Source of the DNA: Felis catus
Taxonomy: Eukaryota
Direction of reading: 5' to 3'
NCBI RefSeq assembly: GCF_018350175.1
Contig: NC_058368.1
Location: forward strand, 186,994,001-187,058,000
DNA length: 64,000 nt
Shown: one piece after another, positions 1 to 13,260 of the stretch
Numbering within the stretch: the stretch's first letter is position 1
How the letters are laid out: each line of letters opens with the position of its first letter
Notes under the pieces: generated by a model
The model's database searches: none
What the model was told of the DNA's origin: nothing
Seen by the model: only the letters and a program-made list of their open reading frames with translations
Made by a program: the position numbers and the translations under genes

Positions 1-3000
1 TATCATTCCCTTAATCCTCCCTCCACAATCTTTAAAAGCTACCTGTTATTTTATCTAAAAAATATCCTTTGTCCTAGTGTCTGACATATAAATTACCTCC
101 ACAATTACAGAGATGTGTATATGTACTCCTATGCTGGGTGTTTGGTACAGGAAGTGTGAAGCAAAGCTCAGGTATAGCAAAATCCAAACCACACATCGAA
201 TACAATGGGACAGGTATTAAGTATAAGTCACTGCCATTAGGTATGAGGGAGGATAAAGACTTTAGCCAAACCACAGGAAATCGCTACCTCTTTTAAAGAT
301 ATCTATTTGTTTAATGTCTAGCCCATTTCTGGAAGCAGGTGTCCTACATCAGCCCAGAATCTTATGAGAGACACTAGGGAATGGTGATACTCTGAGTGTT
401 AATGTCAGTGACTCAAGTAGATGTCTGATTTCTAAACTGAGTGTGGAAGCAAGGCACAGTGAGTTTGTCACATCCTCTTCCCAGCACACAACCCCAAGTG
501 AATCCTCATACAAATCCCTGACCATTATATTTCAATTTCATGTTTCTAGCCATATAGCTAGAGAATGCAGAGCTGGCATCTGTAGAAATTGATTTTTCTT
601 TTTCTGTGGAAAGAGTCCTCTGCTGTCACAACACAGCATATTCTTTTCCTTAGAAAGAAAATAAAAGTAATTACTGGGAGTACTTTTATCCTGCCAAACA
701 GCCAACATCAGTCTTCCACACAGCTTTTCAACTCCTCCAACTCTATCTGTTGCTCTAAAAAAAAATAATGGCTACATACATATAACTGACTCTCTAACAA
801 GCAACAATCCAAAATTTACTCCCAGAGCTAATCTCCCTGGGACTCAGTCTGTTCATCTGTAAAATGAGAGTGTCAAGTAAATAATGTTTATATCTATGGT
901 TACTACCATCCTATTCCTTCTAGGTTCTTACTTACATCAGGAATGATGGTACATGGGAAATAGAATGAGTCTAAGACTTCTCCCTCATTTCTATTGTTAC
1001 CAGTGATCAAAGAAAGAAAAGCTGTGTGGTTTTTAATCTTGATATTATTAAAATTATATCTTTTTCATGAAATTTCAGAGGGAGTAAGAAGGAGATTAAA
1101 ATTTTGTTATGAGTTGTTGTGGGGTGCCGGACAGTACCTCATGATGGTTTTGGGATTCAGCTTTGAAGATTGATTACATTTATACGTAGTGTATAAATGT
1201 ATGGGAGAATATGCTTTATAAAATTTATATGCTAATAGAAGGAACCACAAAACGTCAGAGAAGAGGTTTCGCAGATACCCTAAAAAAACAATGATAAAAC
1301 TGGTCAGAATTGTTTAAAGCAATCATTGTAGAACTCTGAAAATTGAACAAAGGCATACAATAAGTTGAGAAGTGTTTATTCAAGAAAAACTACTAACCAT
1401 CTCTAAGGACAGTAAAAGTTTGTGACTTTATAGCCTGCTCCCATCCTTCCATCCAGCTCATGGCATGATGGCTCTGCCATAGCTAGGCAGGGTATAAGAA
1501 GAGACAGTTCTACCACCATAAAGGGCTTACTTGATTTGAGACAGAGTAGAGAGAAGCCACATGCCCTAGGGCTTTTTCAAAATAATAGTGATCTCTCTGC
1601 CAATCTGGGAGGGCTAACATCACATCTTTCAGAGATTGTGATGCTGACTGGGCCAGACAACAGATTAGCCAGAGATATAATAAGGATATACAAGGAACAG
1701 GGTAGACATGATAAGTTTTTATAATAACCCAAATGTTTCTGATGGTCTAGAAAGCTGTGTCCCTGCCCAGGAAAGACAAGAGAAGGTCCTGGATATCTAC
1801 TCATCACTGGATGAATGTGAGGCCTTGTACAGCAGAAAATAAAAGCTGGAGCATATTTGATAAGTGCTTGAGCTGTGAAGTATTCTGTAATCTACACACA
1901 GAGCCATCAGCAAAAAAGGAAAGTCTCAAAGTGTTCAAACACAACTTCTGACCAATCTTTGGCTGACCACTAAGCTATGCTGACAGAGGCAAACCTAAGA
2001 AAGCCAGTCTTAAAGGTTAAAAAAAATCAGAAAAATAACCTGAGTAGAGACACCACTGATTGCATAATACAGGATAGAAAGGTTTGACAGAATTGGTGTA
2101 GCCAAGTCACTAAACAAACAAACTAAAGCAACAACATCCCTTGGGATGGGGGAAATCAAAATCCAGAGTGCTACAATACATCTAAAATGCCCATTTCAAC
2201 AACAAAAGAGAAAAATGCAGAGTAACAGGAAAGTTTGTCCAATACACACACAAAGAAAGCATAAATAGAAATTATTGCTGAGGTGAGCCAGAGATTTAAC
2301 AGACAGACTACAAAGCAGCTACAAAGGGAGAATATGAAGGGTAATAAATGCATTCAAAGGCATAAGGAAATTATGTTTAAAGAATTAAAGGAAAATATGA
2401 CAGAAAATCACTAATAAAGAATGTCTATAGAGATAGAAAATATAAAGGAGAACAAAACTGAAATTCTGAACTAAATGTACAATAACTGACATAAAAAATA
2501 CATTAGAAGGACTCAATAGAAGGTTTGAGCCGGCAGAATAATCAGCAAAATAGAATAGATCAATAGAGACTATGCAGTCTGAAAAATGGAAAAATGAGGA
2601 AAATAAACAAGGCCTCAGAGACCTGTGGAACTATATCAAAAGTACCAATATGTGAATAATGTAAGTCCTAGAAAAAGAGAAAGAAATGGCCAGAGAAAAT
2701 AAAGAAATAATGGCTGCAAACTTCCAAAATGTTTGAAAAACATTAAGCTATACATCGAAAAAGCACAAGTTCTACGTGTGATAAAGACAAGAAGATCAAC
2801 TTCTAGTCACATCATAACCTGATAAATTCAAAAACAGAATATCTTAAAAGGAACCATAATAATAGTAATAGCTTACTTCTCATCAGAAAAAATAGAAGCC
2901 ATAAAACAATGAGATAACATATTTAACATGCTGAAAAAACATTGACAAATAATTCTATATACACCAAAATTATCCTTAAAAAATGGTGAACATTTAAAAA

Positions 3001-3833
3001 CTGAAGGTGAAATACTAATATGACATTTATTAATTTCTAACAGATATGCCTTAAAATAAATCCCAAAGGAAATCCTTCAGGTTAAGAGGAAACGACACTG
3101 GATGATAACATGAATTTATGTAAAGAAATACACTGGTAAAGGTAATTGCAAAGATATGCATTAAAAATATACAAATTTTCTCTTTCTTATCTCAACCTCA
3201 AGACAGCTGTACCATAAACATTCATAAACTGTGTTATTGAGTTTATAACATATGAACATATATTTGAAAATAAATGCCCAAAGTAGGGGAAGAGAATGGA
3301 GCTATAATGGAAAAAAAAGTTTCTATTTTTTACTAGATTTAAGTTTGTATAAATCTGAAGTCAGTTGTGATAAATGCATATTGTAATCCCTAAAGCAGCT
3401 TTAAAAAAATAATGAACAAATTTTAAATATATGAGAAAAATATCAACAAAGGAATGTAAATGGTACACACACACAAATGTGTGTAAAAGGCAATAAATGT
3501 GTAAAAGACAGTAAAAAATGAACATACAAACACAAAAAGGAATAAAACACATAAAACATAACTAGTGAAATGGTAGAAATAAATTCAACCATATTAAACA
3601 CTAAATATAGATTAAAAACTCCAAACAAAAGGCAGAGGCTATCACACTGACTAAAACAAACATAAGACTCAACAATATGCTACCTGAAAGAGCTTTACAT
3701 ACATACATACAAATATTAAGACAAAATTAAAGCAAAAGGATAGAGAAAGTTATACCATGCAAACAGTAAAAATGAGAGATCTAGAGGAGCTATACTAATA
3801 TCTGACAAAATGGACTTTAAGATAAAAAATGTT

Positions 3834-4029
3834 GGGGCACCTGAGTAGCTCAGTTGGTTGAGTGTCTGACTTCAGCTCAAAACAAAAAACTCTTTGTGAG
3901 TTCAAGCTCCACATGAGGCTCTCTGCTGTCAGCCTGTCAATGCAGAGCCTTCTTCTGATCATTTGTCCCCCTCTTTCTGCCCCTCCCCCACTTTCACTCT
4001 CCCAAAAATAAATAAATATTTTAAAAAAT
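3834..4029 (+). mobile_element. CAN-SINE (older feliform type) inserted in the old L1
   Basis: GGGGCACCTGAGTAGCTCAG head, CT-rich body, AATAAA tail; TSD agataaaaaatgtt / agataaaaaatatt. Confidence 0.92.
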
Positions 4030-4622
4030 AGATAAAAAATATTAGAGACATGGGAGTATTTTATAATAGTAAAATGATTAATAGGAATATGTAACAATTA
4101 TAAACATATTTGTACGTAACAGCAGAATCCCAAAATACATGAAACAAAAACTGACAGAACTGAAAAAAAAATACATAGAACAAAAATAATTGGAAACTTA
4201 AAATCTCTTCTCAAAAAAATTGACATAAAACTAGACAAAAAGTTAGCAACCATAAAATTTAAACAACATCAACTATCAATCAACATGACATAATTGACAG
4301 CTAGGGAACAATCCATCCAACAACTGAGAAATACGCATTCTTTTTAAGCGCATATGGAACATTCTCTAGTATTGGTCATATGCAAGGCCATAAAGCAGTA
4401 GCAATGCATTGAAAGTATTCAATTATACAAAGGATGTTCTCACAATGGAATTAAATTATAAATTGACGACAAAAGGAAATATGCAAAATTCATAAGTATT
4501 TTAAAATATAAAAACACAGAAGTCAAAGAAGAAATCACCAAGAAAATTAGAAAATATTTTTACCTGAATGCAAACAATAGAACAGTTTAGTTTTGTCTAA
4601 ACTGACAAAGAATAAAAAACAT

Positions 4623-4623
<1 letters not shown>

Positions 4624-4652
<29 letters not shown>
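4624..4652. repeat. (CA)n microsatellite followed by an A-rich (AAAAAC)n tract
   Basis: Directly visible. Confidence 0.95.
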
Positions 4653-4656
<4 letters not shown>

Positions 4657-5816
4657 TACCAAAAAAAAACAAAAAACAAAAACAAAAACAAAAAAAACCC
4701 AAAAAGTGTGGCTATTACCAAATTGATAAAGTTAAAAGAATTTTCAAAAGTACTATAATTGACTTCATGCCAACAAATTCTACAGCTTAGATGAGAAGGA
4801 AAAATTAATAGATATAAATTAGCAAAACTGACTCAAGAACAGATTGAAAATCTAATAGACCTATAATACATAAGGAGACCCACAAAGTAAAGTCAACGGC
4901 CAAATGGTTTCACCGGTGAATTTTTTTAATATTTAGACAAGAGATAATAGCAATCCTCCACAAAGTCTTCCAGCAAACAGGGGAAGAGGGAACACAACTA
5001 ATCCTGTAAGGCCTCGATAACCAAAGACAAAGACATCACTCACCAAAAACGAACAAACCTAAAAACTGCAGACCAATATTTTTCAATATATACAGATACA
5101 AAAATTTTTCAACAATACTAGCAAGCCAAATCAAGAACAAATAAAAAGGTTTATACATATTGTCCAAGTAGGATGTATCCTAGGAATGCAAAGTTAAATT
5201 ATCCTCCAAAAATCAGTTAATGTAATATACTGATATAATTAATATCAGTATATTATGGATATATTACTATAATATACTGTATAATTAAAAATATTAATTT
5301 TAAAAAAAGAGCCAAAACCACATGATCGTCTTAACAAATGCAGAAAAAGAATTTAAAATATCCAAATCCCTTTCATGATTTCAAAGGAAAAATAAGTCTC
5401 TCAACAAACTAAGCATAGAATGAAATTTCTCCCAGCATAATAAAAAGCATTTACAAAGAACACCCGAAAAACGACAACATTAAATGAAATAATGAAAGTC
5501 TTAATTCTTTCTCTCAACATCAAGAGCAAGGTAAAGATGTCTGCCTTTGTAATTTCTACTCAGTAATAAAAATTGTAGCTATTGGAATCAGGCAACAAGA
5601 CAGGCTAAAGGGCATCCAGATTGGAAAAAGAGAAAGAACACTATACACATTCACAGATACATCATCTGTATGTAGAGAATCTAAGGAATACACCCACATA
5701 CTACTAGAACAAATGAATGATTTCAGCAATATCACAGGATAGAAGATGAACATACAAAATCAGTTATATTTCTATATGCAAACACTGAACAATCCAAAAA
5801 TAATTTTTAAAAATTA

Positions 5817-5910
5817 TTTAAGTAATCTCTGCACCCATCACGGGACTCAAACTCATGACCCTGAGATTAAGAGTCACATTCTCTATCAATTAGGCCAGCC
5901 AGGTGCCCCC
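5817..5910 (-). mobile_element. Short tRNA-derived carnivore SINE (old CAN-SINE head-type element)
   Basis: Reverse strand reads GGGGCACCTGGCTGGCC...GTGACTCTTAATCTCAGGGTCATGAGTTTGAGTCCC...GAGATTACTTAAA. Confidence 0.85.
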
Positions 5911-7194
5911 TGAAATAAATTATTTAATTCCATTTATGATAGCACTGTAAGAGTAAAAATATATAGGAATAAGTTTAATAAAACAAGGGCAAAGTTTACA
6001 AAACACTATGGAAATAGATTTAGAAGACCTAAATAAATAGAGAGAGATTCTATATTCATGAATTGGAAGATTCAATGTTCTTAAGACGGAATTTTCCCCC
6101 AAAATTGATGTATGGATTAAATGTAATCTTTATCAGTAACTCAGCAGGCTTTTTTTTTTTTTTTGCAGAAATTGATAAGCTAACCTAAAATTTATATGGA
6201 AGGGCAAATGACTAGAATAGCAGAACAATTTTAAAGAAAAAGAACAAAATTAGAGGACTTGTATTTCCCAACTTCAAAACAAAAAGGTATAAGAATCAAG
6301 GTAGTGTGGTATTGACATAAAAATAGATATATAGATCAACAGAACAGAATTGAGAATTTAGAAATATACTCTTACATTTGTAGTCTAGTAATTTCAACAA
6401 AGGGGCCAAGGTAATTCTTTGGGAGAAAGGATAAGCTTTTCAACAGTTGGTAATGGAACAATTAAATATTGACATGAAAAAAATGTATTTAGATCTTAGT
6501 CTCATACCATATGCAAAATTAACTCAAAATGGATCATAGAACTAAATGCAATCACAAAAATAATAAAACTTCCAGAGCAAATCATGAGAGAAAAATCATT
6601 GTGACTGCAGGTTAACCAAACATCTCTTAGGTTACAAAAAAACAGAAAGAAGAGGAAGAAAGAAAGAAAGGAGAGAAAGAACATCAATAAGAGAAATAAA
6701 TTGACCTTAAATTAAAAACTTTTATATTTCAAAAAATACAATTAATGAAAAAATAAGTTACAAATTGAGAGAAAATATTTTCAATTCATGTATCTGATAA
6801 AGGACTTATATCCAGAACATATAAGAAACAACTCAATAAGATAAGCCAATTTTTTGAAAAGCCAGCTTGAAAAACAGTTTCTCAAAATGCTAAACATAGA
6901 TTTACCATATGATCCAGCAAGTCAGCTCTCAGTATCTACCCATGAGAAATGGAAACATATATCTATGCAAAGTCTTGTACGTGAATGTTTATAGTAGCCT
7001 TACTCATGGTAGTCAAAAAAAAAAAAAAAAAATCTGAATGACCATCACCTGGTGAATGAATAATTGTTGTGTATCCTACAATGGGATACTATCCAGAAAT
7101 AAAAGGGGATGAACTGTTGATATATGCAACAATGTAGATGAACTTCAAATGCATAAATGAGGGAAATAGGCCAGGTGGAGAAGACATGGCCTAT

Positions 7195-7490
7195 CTAAAG
7201 CAGCCAATTATTGCCATATGGGAATATTGTCATGTGGGCTTACTGTTGCTGAATCTTCAGATTTTACAAAAGGAATGATAAAGGAACACTTGTTTGTGAA
7301 TTCTCTTCTGTGGTCCTTTGCAGATTCCCTCTGGCTGTTTTGCTACCTGTTGGTTTTATTCCAGAAGTGAGAAACTTTGGCTATTCTGCCTGCCTCCTAC
7401 ATGGGGTCCTTAATTTTGTCTCTTGTTCCATAAAGTCTAAAGTATTTACTATCTGGCCCTTTACAAACAAAATTTGCCTACTCTTGCTCT
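7195..7490. mobile_element. hAT-Charlie MITE relic(s) with a MER58-like terminus
   Basis: 'aagtatttactatctggccctttacaaacaaaatttgcctac' resembles the MER58 end; the upstream part is less certain. Confidence 0.55.
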
Positions 7491-8484
7491 AGTTAATTTC
7501 TTCAATACATGATGTCAGCTGCATATGCCCATTCTGATTCTTGTAGACTGAAAGTGTGTGCATGGGAGGAGGTGTATTCCTAAACAAAATGTGGGCTGTT
7601 TCTGTTTACTCAAACAAAAATAGAACTTCAGCTCTTTACTTGACTATCTTATGTCTAGCAATCCTCGATTTTCTCTTGTATAAGCTCTTTGCTACTCTTC
7701 AAATTAGCATACGAGATAGAAAAGTGACGGCAGGACCCAGATGTTCCTGAGCATCTCAGTTTCCTGTTTTCCATCATTCTGAAAATCCATTTCTCTCTTC
7801 AGTCCTTTTTCTCAACAGAACATATTGACTGTAACTTTCTCCCAAAATCTGAAATGCATTCTGTTTCAAACATAACATTTCTTTGGTAGTTGAGTTGATT
7901 TCTGGACTGTGATTCTGCTTCACTGTTTTTCTGTCCAGCACTGTATTGGTACCACTCTGCTTCAACTATAGTTGCTTGATGTTATATTTGTCTGATAGGG
8001 ATAGTTTTCCCTTTATACACTTCTTTCCCATTAATCTTTTTCCTATGACTTATCTATTTTTTTCCCACTTAAACTACTGTATTTATCTCCACACTCTAGA
8101 TCAGAAAACAGAAGAAAAAGAGAGGCAATGTCCTGCCCGGGGTGTGTGTCAGCAAGGATTGGATCCCAGGTATGTCAGCCTCCTCCTTGTATTATTGTAT
8201 TTATTTTGTATTTTGGAATGTGTATAGGTTTATTATTCCATTTGTCTTTCTCTCTTTTCCAGTATTCTATAAAACCCTGCTTGAAATGTTCAAACCTCTG
8301 TTGTAATAAGTGTATCCCAGGACATTTGCCTGAGACAGAACCTTGTACAAAGGATTTACAGCTGGATTACCACATCTCTGGAGGGCTTGTATGATGTCGG
8401 CAGTGTGAAAAGCAAAAGTTAGAGTCTCAAAGTGAGGATAAAATTTAGGGGGCAGGGTCATGGACCAGTTTATAATACTTTTCA

Positions 8485-8770
8485 TTTGAAAACATTTTCA
8501 AACTTAGAAGTCGCATGAATAGTGACAAGCATATTATTTACCCACATTCACCTCACTTTAACATATATACATGACTACTCTTTTTTCTGAATGTTGGAAA
8601 GTAAATTACATTCATTTTTGCCCTTTATCCCTATTTCAGTGTGTATTTCCTAAGAAGGATATTTTCTTCTATACACCCAGAGTACAGTTCTCAGCTTCAG
8701 TGAATTGAACAGTAATATAGAACTTTAATCTACTGGCTACATTTCTTGTCAATTTACCCAATAATGTACA
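8485..8770 (-). mobile_element. Old L1 3' UTR fragment (L1MC4/5-like)
   Basis: 'ttcagtgtgtatttcctaagaaggatattttcttctatac' and 'ttttcaaacttagaag' motifs typical of antisense L1MC 3' ends. Confidence 0.65.
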
Positions 8771-10257
8771 ATGTGACAAAGCATTGAGAAGTTTAATGTG
8801 ATGACTGCTGGCAAAGATTTTAAAGAGTGTGGGGCTCCAAAGAAATGGGCAGAAGTTTTGTGGAAAGTCCTCATGAATAGTGTGGCAAAAGAAGTCCCAG
8901 GAGTCCCTGATATACCCACTGTTGGTTTTCATGTCTAGATGAGTGGATGAGGCAGGGGCAATGTGGTTCTCCTAGCCCCAACCCCAACACCTGTTCTCTG
9001 CTTTACTTGCTGAATCATGAGTTTGGAAAGGACTGGTTCTAATTTCTAAGAGTTTGCCCATTTCTTATCCTCAAAGCCTCCTTGCATCTCAATTTAAGTC
9101 ACTAAGAGTCTTGTTTTCCGAGTTTGAGAATCCCCCCTTGCTCCTCTGTCTTGTATTCCAGCCCTTCCTACCCATCTTGTCCATTTAACTGAGTCCCATG
9201 AGGGCAAGGATCTCATTTCTCTTATTCTCTAATGTGCTATGTACCCTGAGAATATAGGAAACATAGCCTAGCATGGAGTAAATGTTCAAAGCTGAAACAT
9301 TTGCCTGAGCTGGTCTGCTTCTTTCCACCCACCCATCTATGGGTCAGATGAGGACATCTAGGTCTGCAATCCCTCTGGCGGGCATGCCTATTTCAGCGAA
9401 AATGGAAAAACTAGAGGAGAGTGCTCTGGCTGGGTTTCTGATGTGATGCTGATAGCAAGCTTTCATGTTTCTGCTTCTTTTTTTTACATAAACACTGTTG
9501 CTCCTTGGAGGGCTAAGCACTTGCATGCTGAATCAACACTCAAGTCTCTGTGGTTTTAAATTTCATGACTGCTTTGCAGAGATGTCATGGGTAGGAACAG
9601 GGTCCCCAACTTTGAGAGGTTATGATATATAACTTCTGTAGCTCTGAGGCTGAAAATCCCTTGGCTCCTTGAATCTCCTCCAAGAGCTATAACCTCATTA
9701 TGCAGTGATGACTGTCACTCATGGGGAAAGATAGGGGATCAGAACTCTCTCTCATTATGCACATAGTCACTCAGAAGGATTCTTATTTGTGCCTTTCACT
9801 TTTCATTTGGCTTCTTCTACTCAGTTCAAAGAGATTAAAATTAAAGACTAAGAGAGGAATCAAAATATTAACAGGTTTTTGTTTGTTTTAGTATGTCTCC
9901 TGACCTCTTCTGATGAGTTTAAGGTCATAGAAAAAAAATTCAGACTATAGAACCTGGTTTGTCATGACCCCTGGTTTGTCATTATTCTCTGTATGACATT
10001 CAGCAAGCTAATGTCTTACAGTCACTATCTCTCCAGCCCTAAGATGGAAACATCAACTTGTCTGATGAGATGTTTTAAATGAAAGAGAAACTCACTTATC
10101 AGTTATCCTCTTGACCTTCTTGTCCTGGGGGATCCTTTGTCTCAAGAGATTGTCTCCATAATCACCCAGCACCCACTTGAATGCTGATCTCAACACCTCT
10201 TCAAGTTCTGTAAAGAACCCACTCACATGAGTGTCTTGCCGAATTGACTGCAGCTTT

Positions 10258-10500
10258 TTTTTAAGTTTATTTATTTATTTTGAGAGGGGGGCAGAGGGAG
10301 AGCACACTCATGCATGCACACACACACGTATACACGCACATGTTGGGGAAGGGGAAGAGAGTGGGGAAGAGAGAGAGAATCCCAAGCAGTTTCCATGCTC
10401 AATGTGGAGCCTGAGTTGAGGCTGGATCTCACAAACCATGAGATACCAGAGCTGAAACCAAAAGTTGGAGGCTCAAGTGACTGAGCCACCCAGGTGCCCC
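10258..10500 (-). mobile_element. CAN-SINE with an internal (CA/TG) expansion
   Basis: Ends in 'ctgagccacccaggtgcccc'; poly-T tail; degenerate TSD tgactgcagctttt / ttactccagctttt. Confidence 0.92.
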
Positions 10501-10867
10501 TTTACTCCAGCTTTTATAAGAATGAGGAAGAACTTTATATTATGTACATTTTTTTTTTTACTTTCATTCCTTCTTTTTTTCCCCTAAAGACTTTCTACTG
10601 AGCTGCTATAGGTATGGTGGGGGCAGGGGTACTTTCTGATTCTTCCTCCACACAGGGACCAATCTGTCTGGCCTCTCTCATTTACTTCCTGGGGAACTTG
10701 AATTTGTTGCCTTGCTATTATTAAGTAGAATAGTTTCTATCCTCTAAAGCCTTGGAGGCAACTCCCTGTGGTCCTGAAACCTTAAGGGACTTATGAAGAG
10801 AAACTTCAAAAAATAAGCAAGAATCTTTAGTGGAAAGTGGTGTCCTTCTAAGGAAAATTTAAAATCT

Positions 10868-11080
10868 TCCTAGAATCAGACTGCTTGGATTAAATTCTGG
10901 TTCTTCAACCTACTAGCTTGTGACCTTGGGCAAGTTGTTTCCCCTGGTTAAACTTCAATTTCCCTATCTGCAAAATAAGGATAAAAGAATATACAATGTA
11001 AATAGAATCAATATTATAATATTATGATTAAATGAGATGATCCAAAAAAAGTGCTTAGCACAGGACCTGGTTTATAATCC
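10868..11080 (+). mobile_element. MIR SINE
   Basis: Core 'tagcttgtgaccttgggcaagtt...tttccctatctgcaaaataagg...gattaaatgagat...gtgcttagcacagg'. Confidence 0.85.
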
Positions 11081-11548
11081 CACACACATTAAGAAATAGA
11101 TATGTAAAATACCTAGTACATTGTTGGCTTTCAATAAGGAGCAGCTGTTGCTAATTCATAGGCTTTTATATAAGGCAGATGATATCATGTTGTCATGTGC
11201 AGTAAAATGGGGGAGATTTCAGGCATTGTTAGGGAAATATGGTTGGGTGGGGAGCACTTCGGAACTCACTGCATGGGAACTGTCTATAGAAAGGACTGGT
11301 CCTGGATGAATTTGAGACATGTCAGTCTTTCTGTGTGTCTAGCACCCTTTTAACTTCTGGGGGATGCACCAGCTGTCCCATATCATCCCACACCAAGATG
11401 TCATCACTATTTTTCCCTTAACAGGTAGATTCTGAATTCATATATTGGTCTTTTAGCTTAACCACAGGTCTGGCCAATGGAATTCAGTCCCATAGGTATT
11501 TATCAAATTTTAATCTCACAAGGCTTTTGTTGAGTGGTGCCACCTACT

Positions 11549-11937
11549 TTATGGTGGACAAGATGTGCCACCCAGCTTCCTATTCATGGAAGGACTTGTT
11601 ACCTCACTTGTCATCAGGCAGCCTCAGCTGTCAGCTTCTCCAAGCCTTGTTTCTATGGGAGAAAGCCACCCAAGGGCATGCCACTATGGGGGAGCCTCAC
11701 ATATGATGACTGATCAAGGTAGGGGCTGGAGGCTATAAAGACCTTGTCATTTTGGTGTTTTGTGGAAGAATTCTGTGGTGTGAGCTGAGGCTGTGTTGGG
11801 TTGGCCTCCCAGTTGGACTTCTCCATCTTCTCAGTCCTTCTTCTCCTACCTTCCTTCCACATGTTTTGATACCTGATAAATATCCCACAAGCCAAATTTC
11901 ATCTTAGTGTCTGCTTCTGGAGAACCCAATATGTGAC
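11549..11937 (+). mobile_element. ERVL solo LTR, LTR16-like
   Basis: Ends in 'catcttagtgtctgcttctggagaacccaatatgtgaca', the characteristic LTR16 3' end; ~390 bp. Confidence 0.7.
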
Positions 11938-12764
11938 ATACTGTTATGAGATATCCATCCTCGACCTCCTGAGAATTACCTATGACCATGCTAAGTGCTA
12001 TGGCATTTATAAAGGAAGAACACATGTTCTTGTCCCCAAGAGACTTCATAGGGGGACAGAAAATACACACATCCCTCAAATAGCTAAATAATAATACAAC
12101 ACTATTTATGTAATACTATGTAAGTTTACATGATTAGGTGACAGAATGAGAGATAAAGAGAATGAATACAGAATATGAACAGTAGGCCAGGTTAGCTCAG
12201 GGAGGAGTTAGGCCTGTGTGAGCTCTGGAAGTTGAGGGGAATTGGGATAAGCACTCTAATGTGTAATTTAAAAATGTTTTCCCTTTTAGGAGGAGGTAGC
12301 AAAACTTCCTTTCTCAATTCATGATCAACAGATTAAATACAGCTACTAATCCCAAGAGTCCTTACGGTTCTTTCAGCAATTGCAAAACCAAAGCCTAGAA
12401 ATCCCTGGAACTGCAGCAGGACTGAGGAGTCATGCTTATTTTAATACAGCTGACCTGGCAGCTTAAAGGGCCATCATGATGTATTGGGCATGGAACATGT
12501 TGGGCAGCCTTAAGGAGATTCTGGAAGGTTGTAGATAAGAAGGTTTGGCAAAAAACAAAGTCTTTGCTCTGTTACTGTGCTCCACAACTGCCTCCCAGAC
12601 AGCTTCCTACTCAGTCCTGTCAGATGGCAGGGCCTATGACACATTGAATCCTTGGTCCCTTTCATACACACACAAGGTGGGGGAGGCCCCATAAGCATTT
12701 GTAAAATGGGCAGATACATGAGTGGAGCACAGACAGAAAAGAACACTCAACCATCCTGTCTTGC

Positions 12765-13260
12765 TCATTCATTCATTCATTCAAATATTCATTATTTATT
12801 GAAAGCTTATTATGTGCCTGGAACTACACAAAGCATAGCCTTCAGAGCCTAATAAGGTTTGTGGGGACTACAGACCATAAGAAATAATGTCAATATATAG
12901 GGAAAAATGAGGGCAGGCTCTTCAATACAGGGTAGTGGAAGGGATTTTCAAAAGAGGAAATAAGCAGAAATTATAGCACCAGAAAACATGGACCAGGTGG
13001 AAAGGTAGCAGGTGGGAAGTGGGGGGTGGATAATTTTAGGCAGGGAGAAAAGCATGGGAGAACTCTGGGACGGAAGATGGCATGGCTCATTTGAAGAACT
13101 ACAAAGAGGCTAGGTGGTTGAAGCAGATTGAAGAAGGAAAAAGGTAAATAAGCTGAGGATAAAAGAGAGACGGGGCAGATCACTCAGGAACTTGTTCAGG
13201 AGTCTGGATTTTTGACCCAAGAGCAAAAGGAAGCTGTTTAAACTTTAATAATGATCTAAT
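12765..13260 (-). mobile_element. L2 LINE 3' fragment
   Basis: (CATT)n start, 'tttattgaaagcttattatgtgcctgg', 'ggcatggctcatttgaagaac', 'gggcagatcactcaggaacttg'. Confidence 0.8.

Larger units (their letters stand above)
1245..7175 (+). mobile_element. Ancient, near-full-length, heavily decayed LINE-1 (L1M-type, probably L1MC/MD-age) with 5' region, ORF1 and ORF2 remnants and the start of the 3' end
   Basis: Long A-rich + strand with L1 motifs in collinear order: ORF1-like region (~2170-3100), endonuclease start (~3570), 'aaatggtttcaccggtgaatt' (GPDGF region), 'atcctaggaatgcaaag' (IPGMQ region), 'ggcatccagattggaaaa', 'ctcataccatatgcaaaattaactcaaaatggatc', 'ccatatgatccagcaag', 'gcaacaatgtagatgaact'. 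No long open frame. Internal deletions are present (e.g. ~6860). Confidence 0.9.

Noticed and set aside
5817..5910. tRNA gene
   Set aside because: Degenerate B box, GGGGCACCTGG SINE head and A-rich tail indicate a SINE, not a functional tRNA
9953..9982. cctggtttgtcat repeated at 17-bp period
   Set aside because: Trivial slippage duplication within a MIR-like relic
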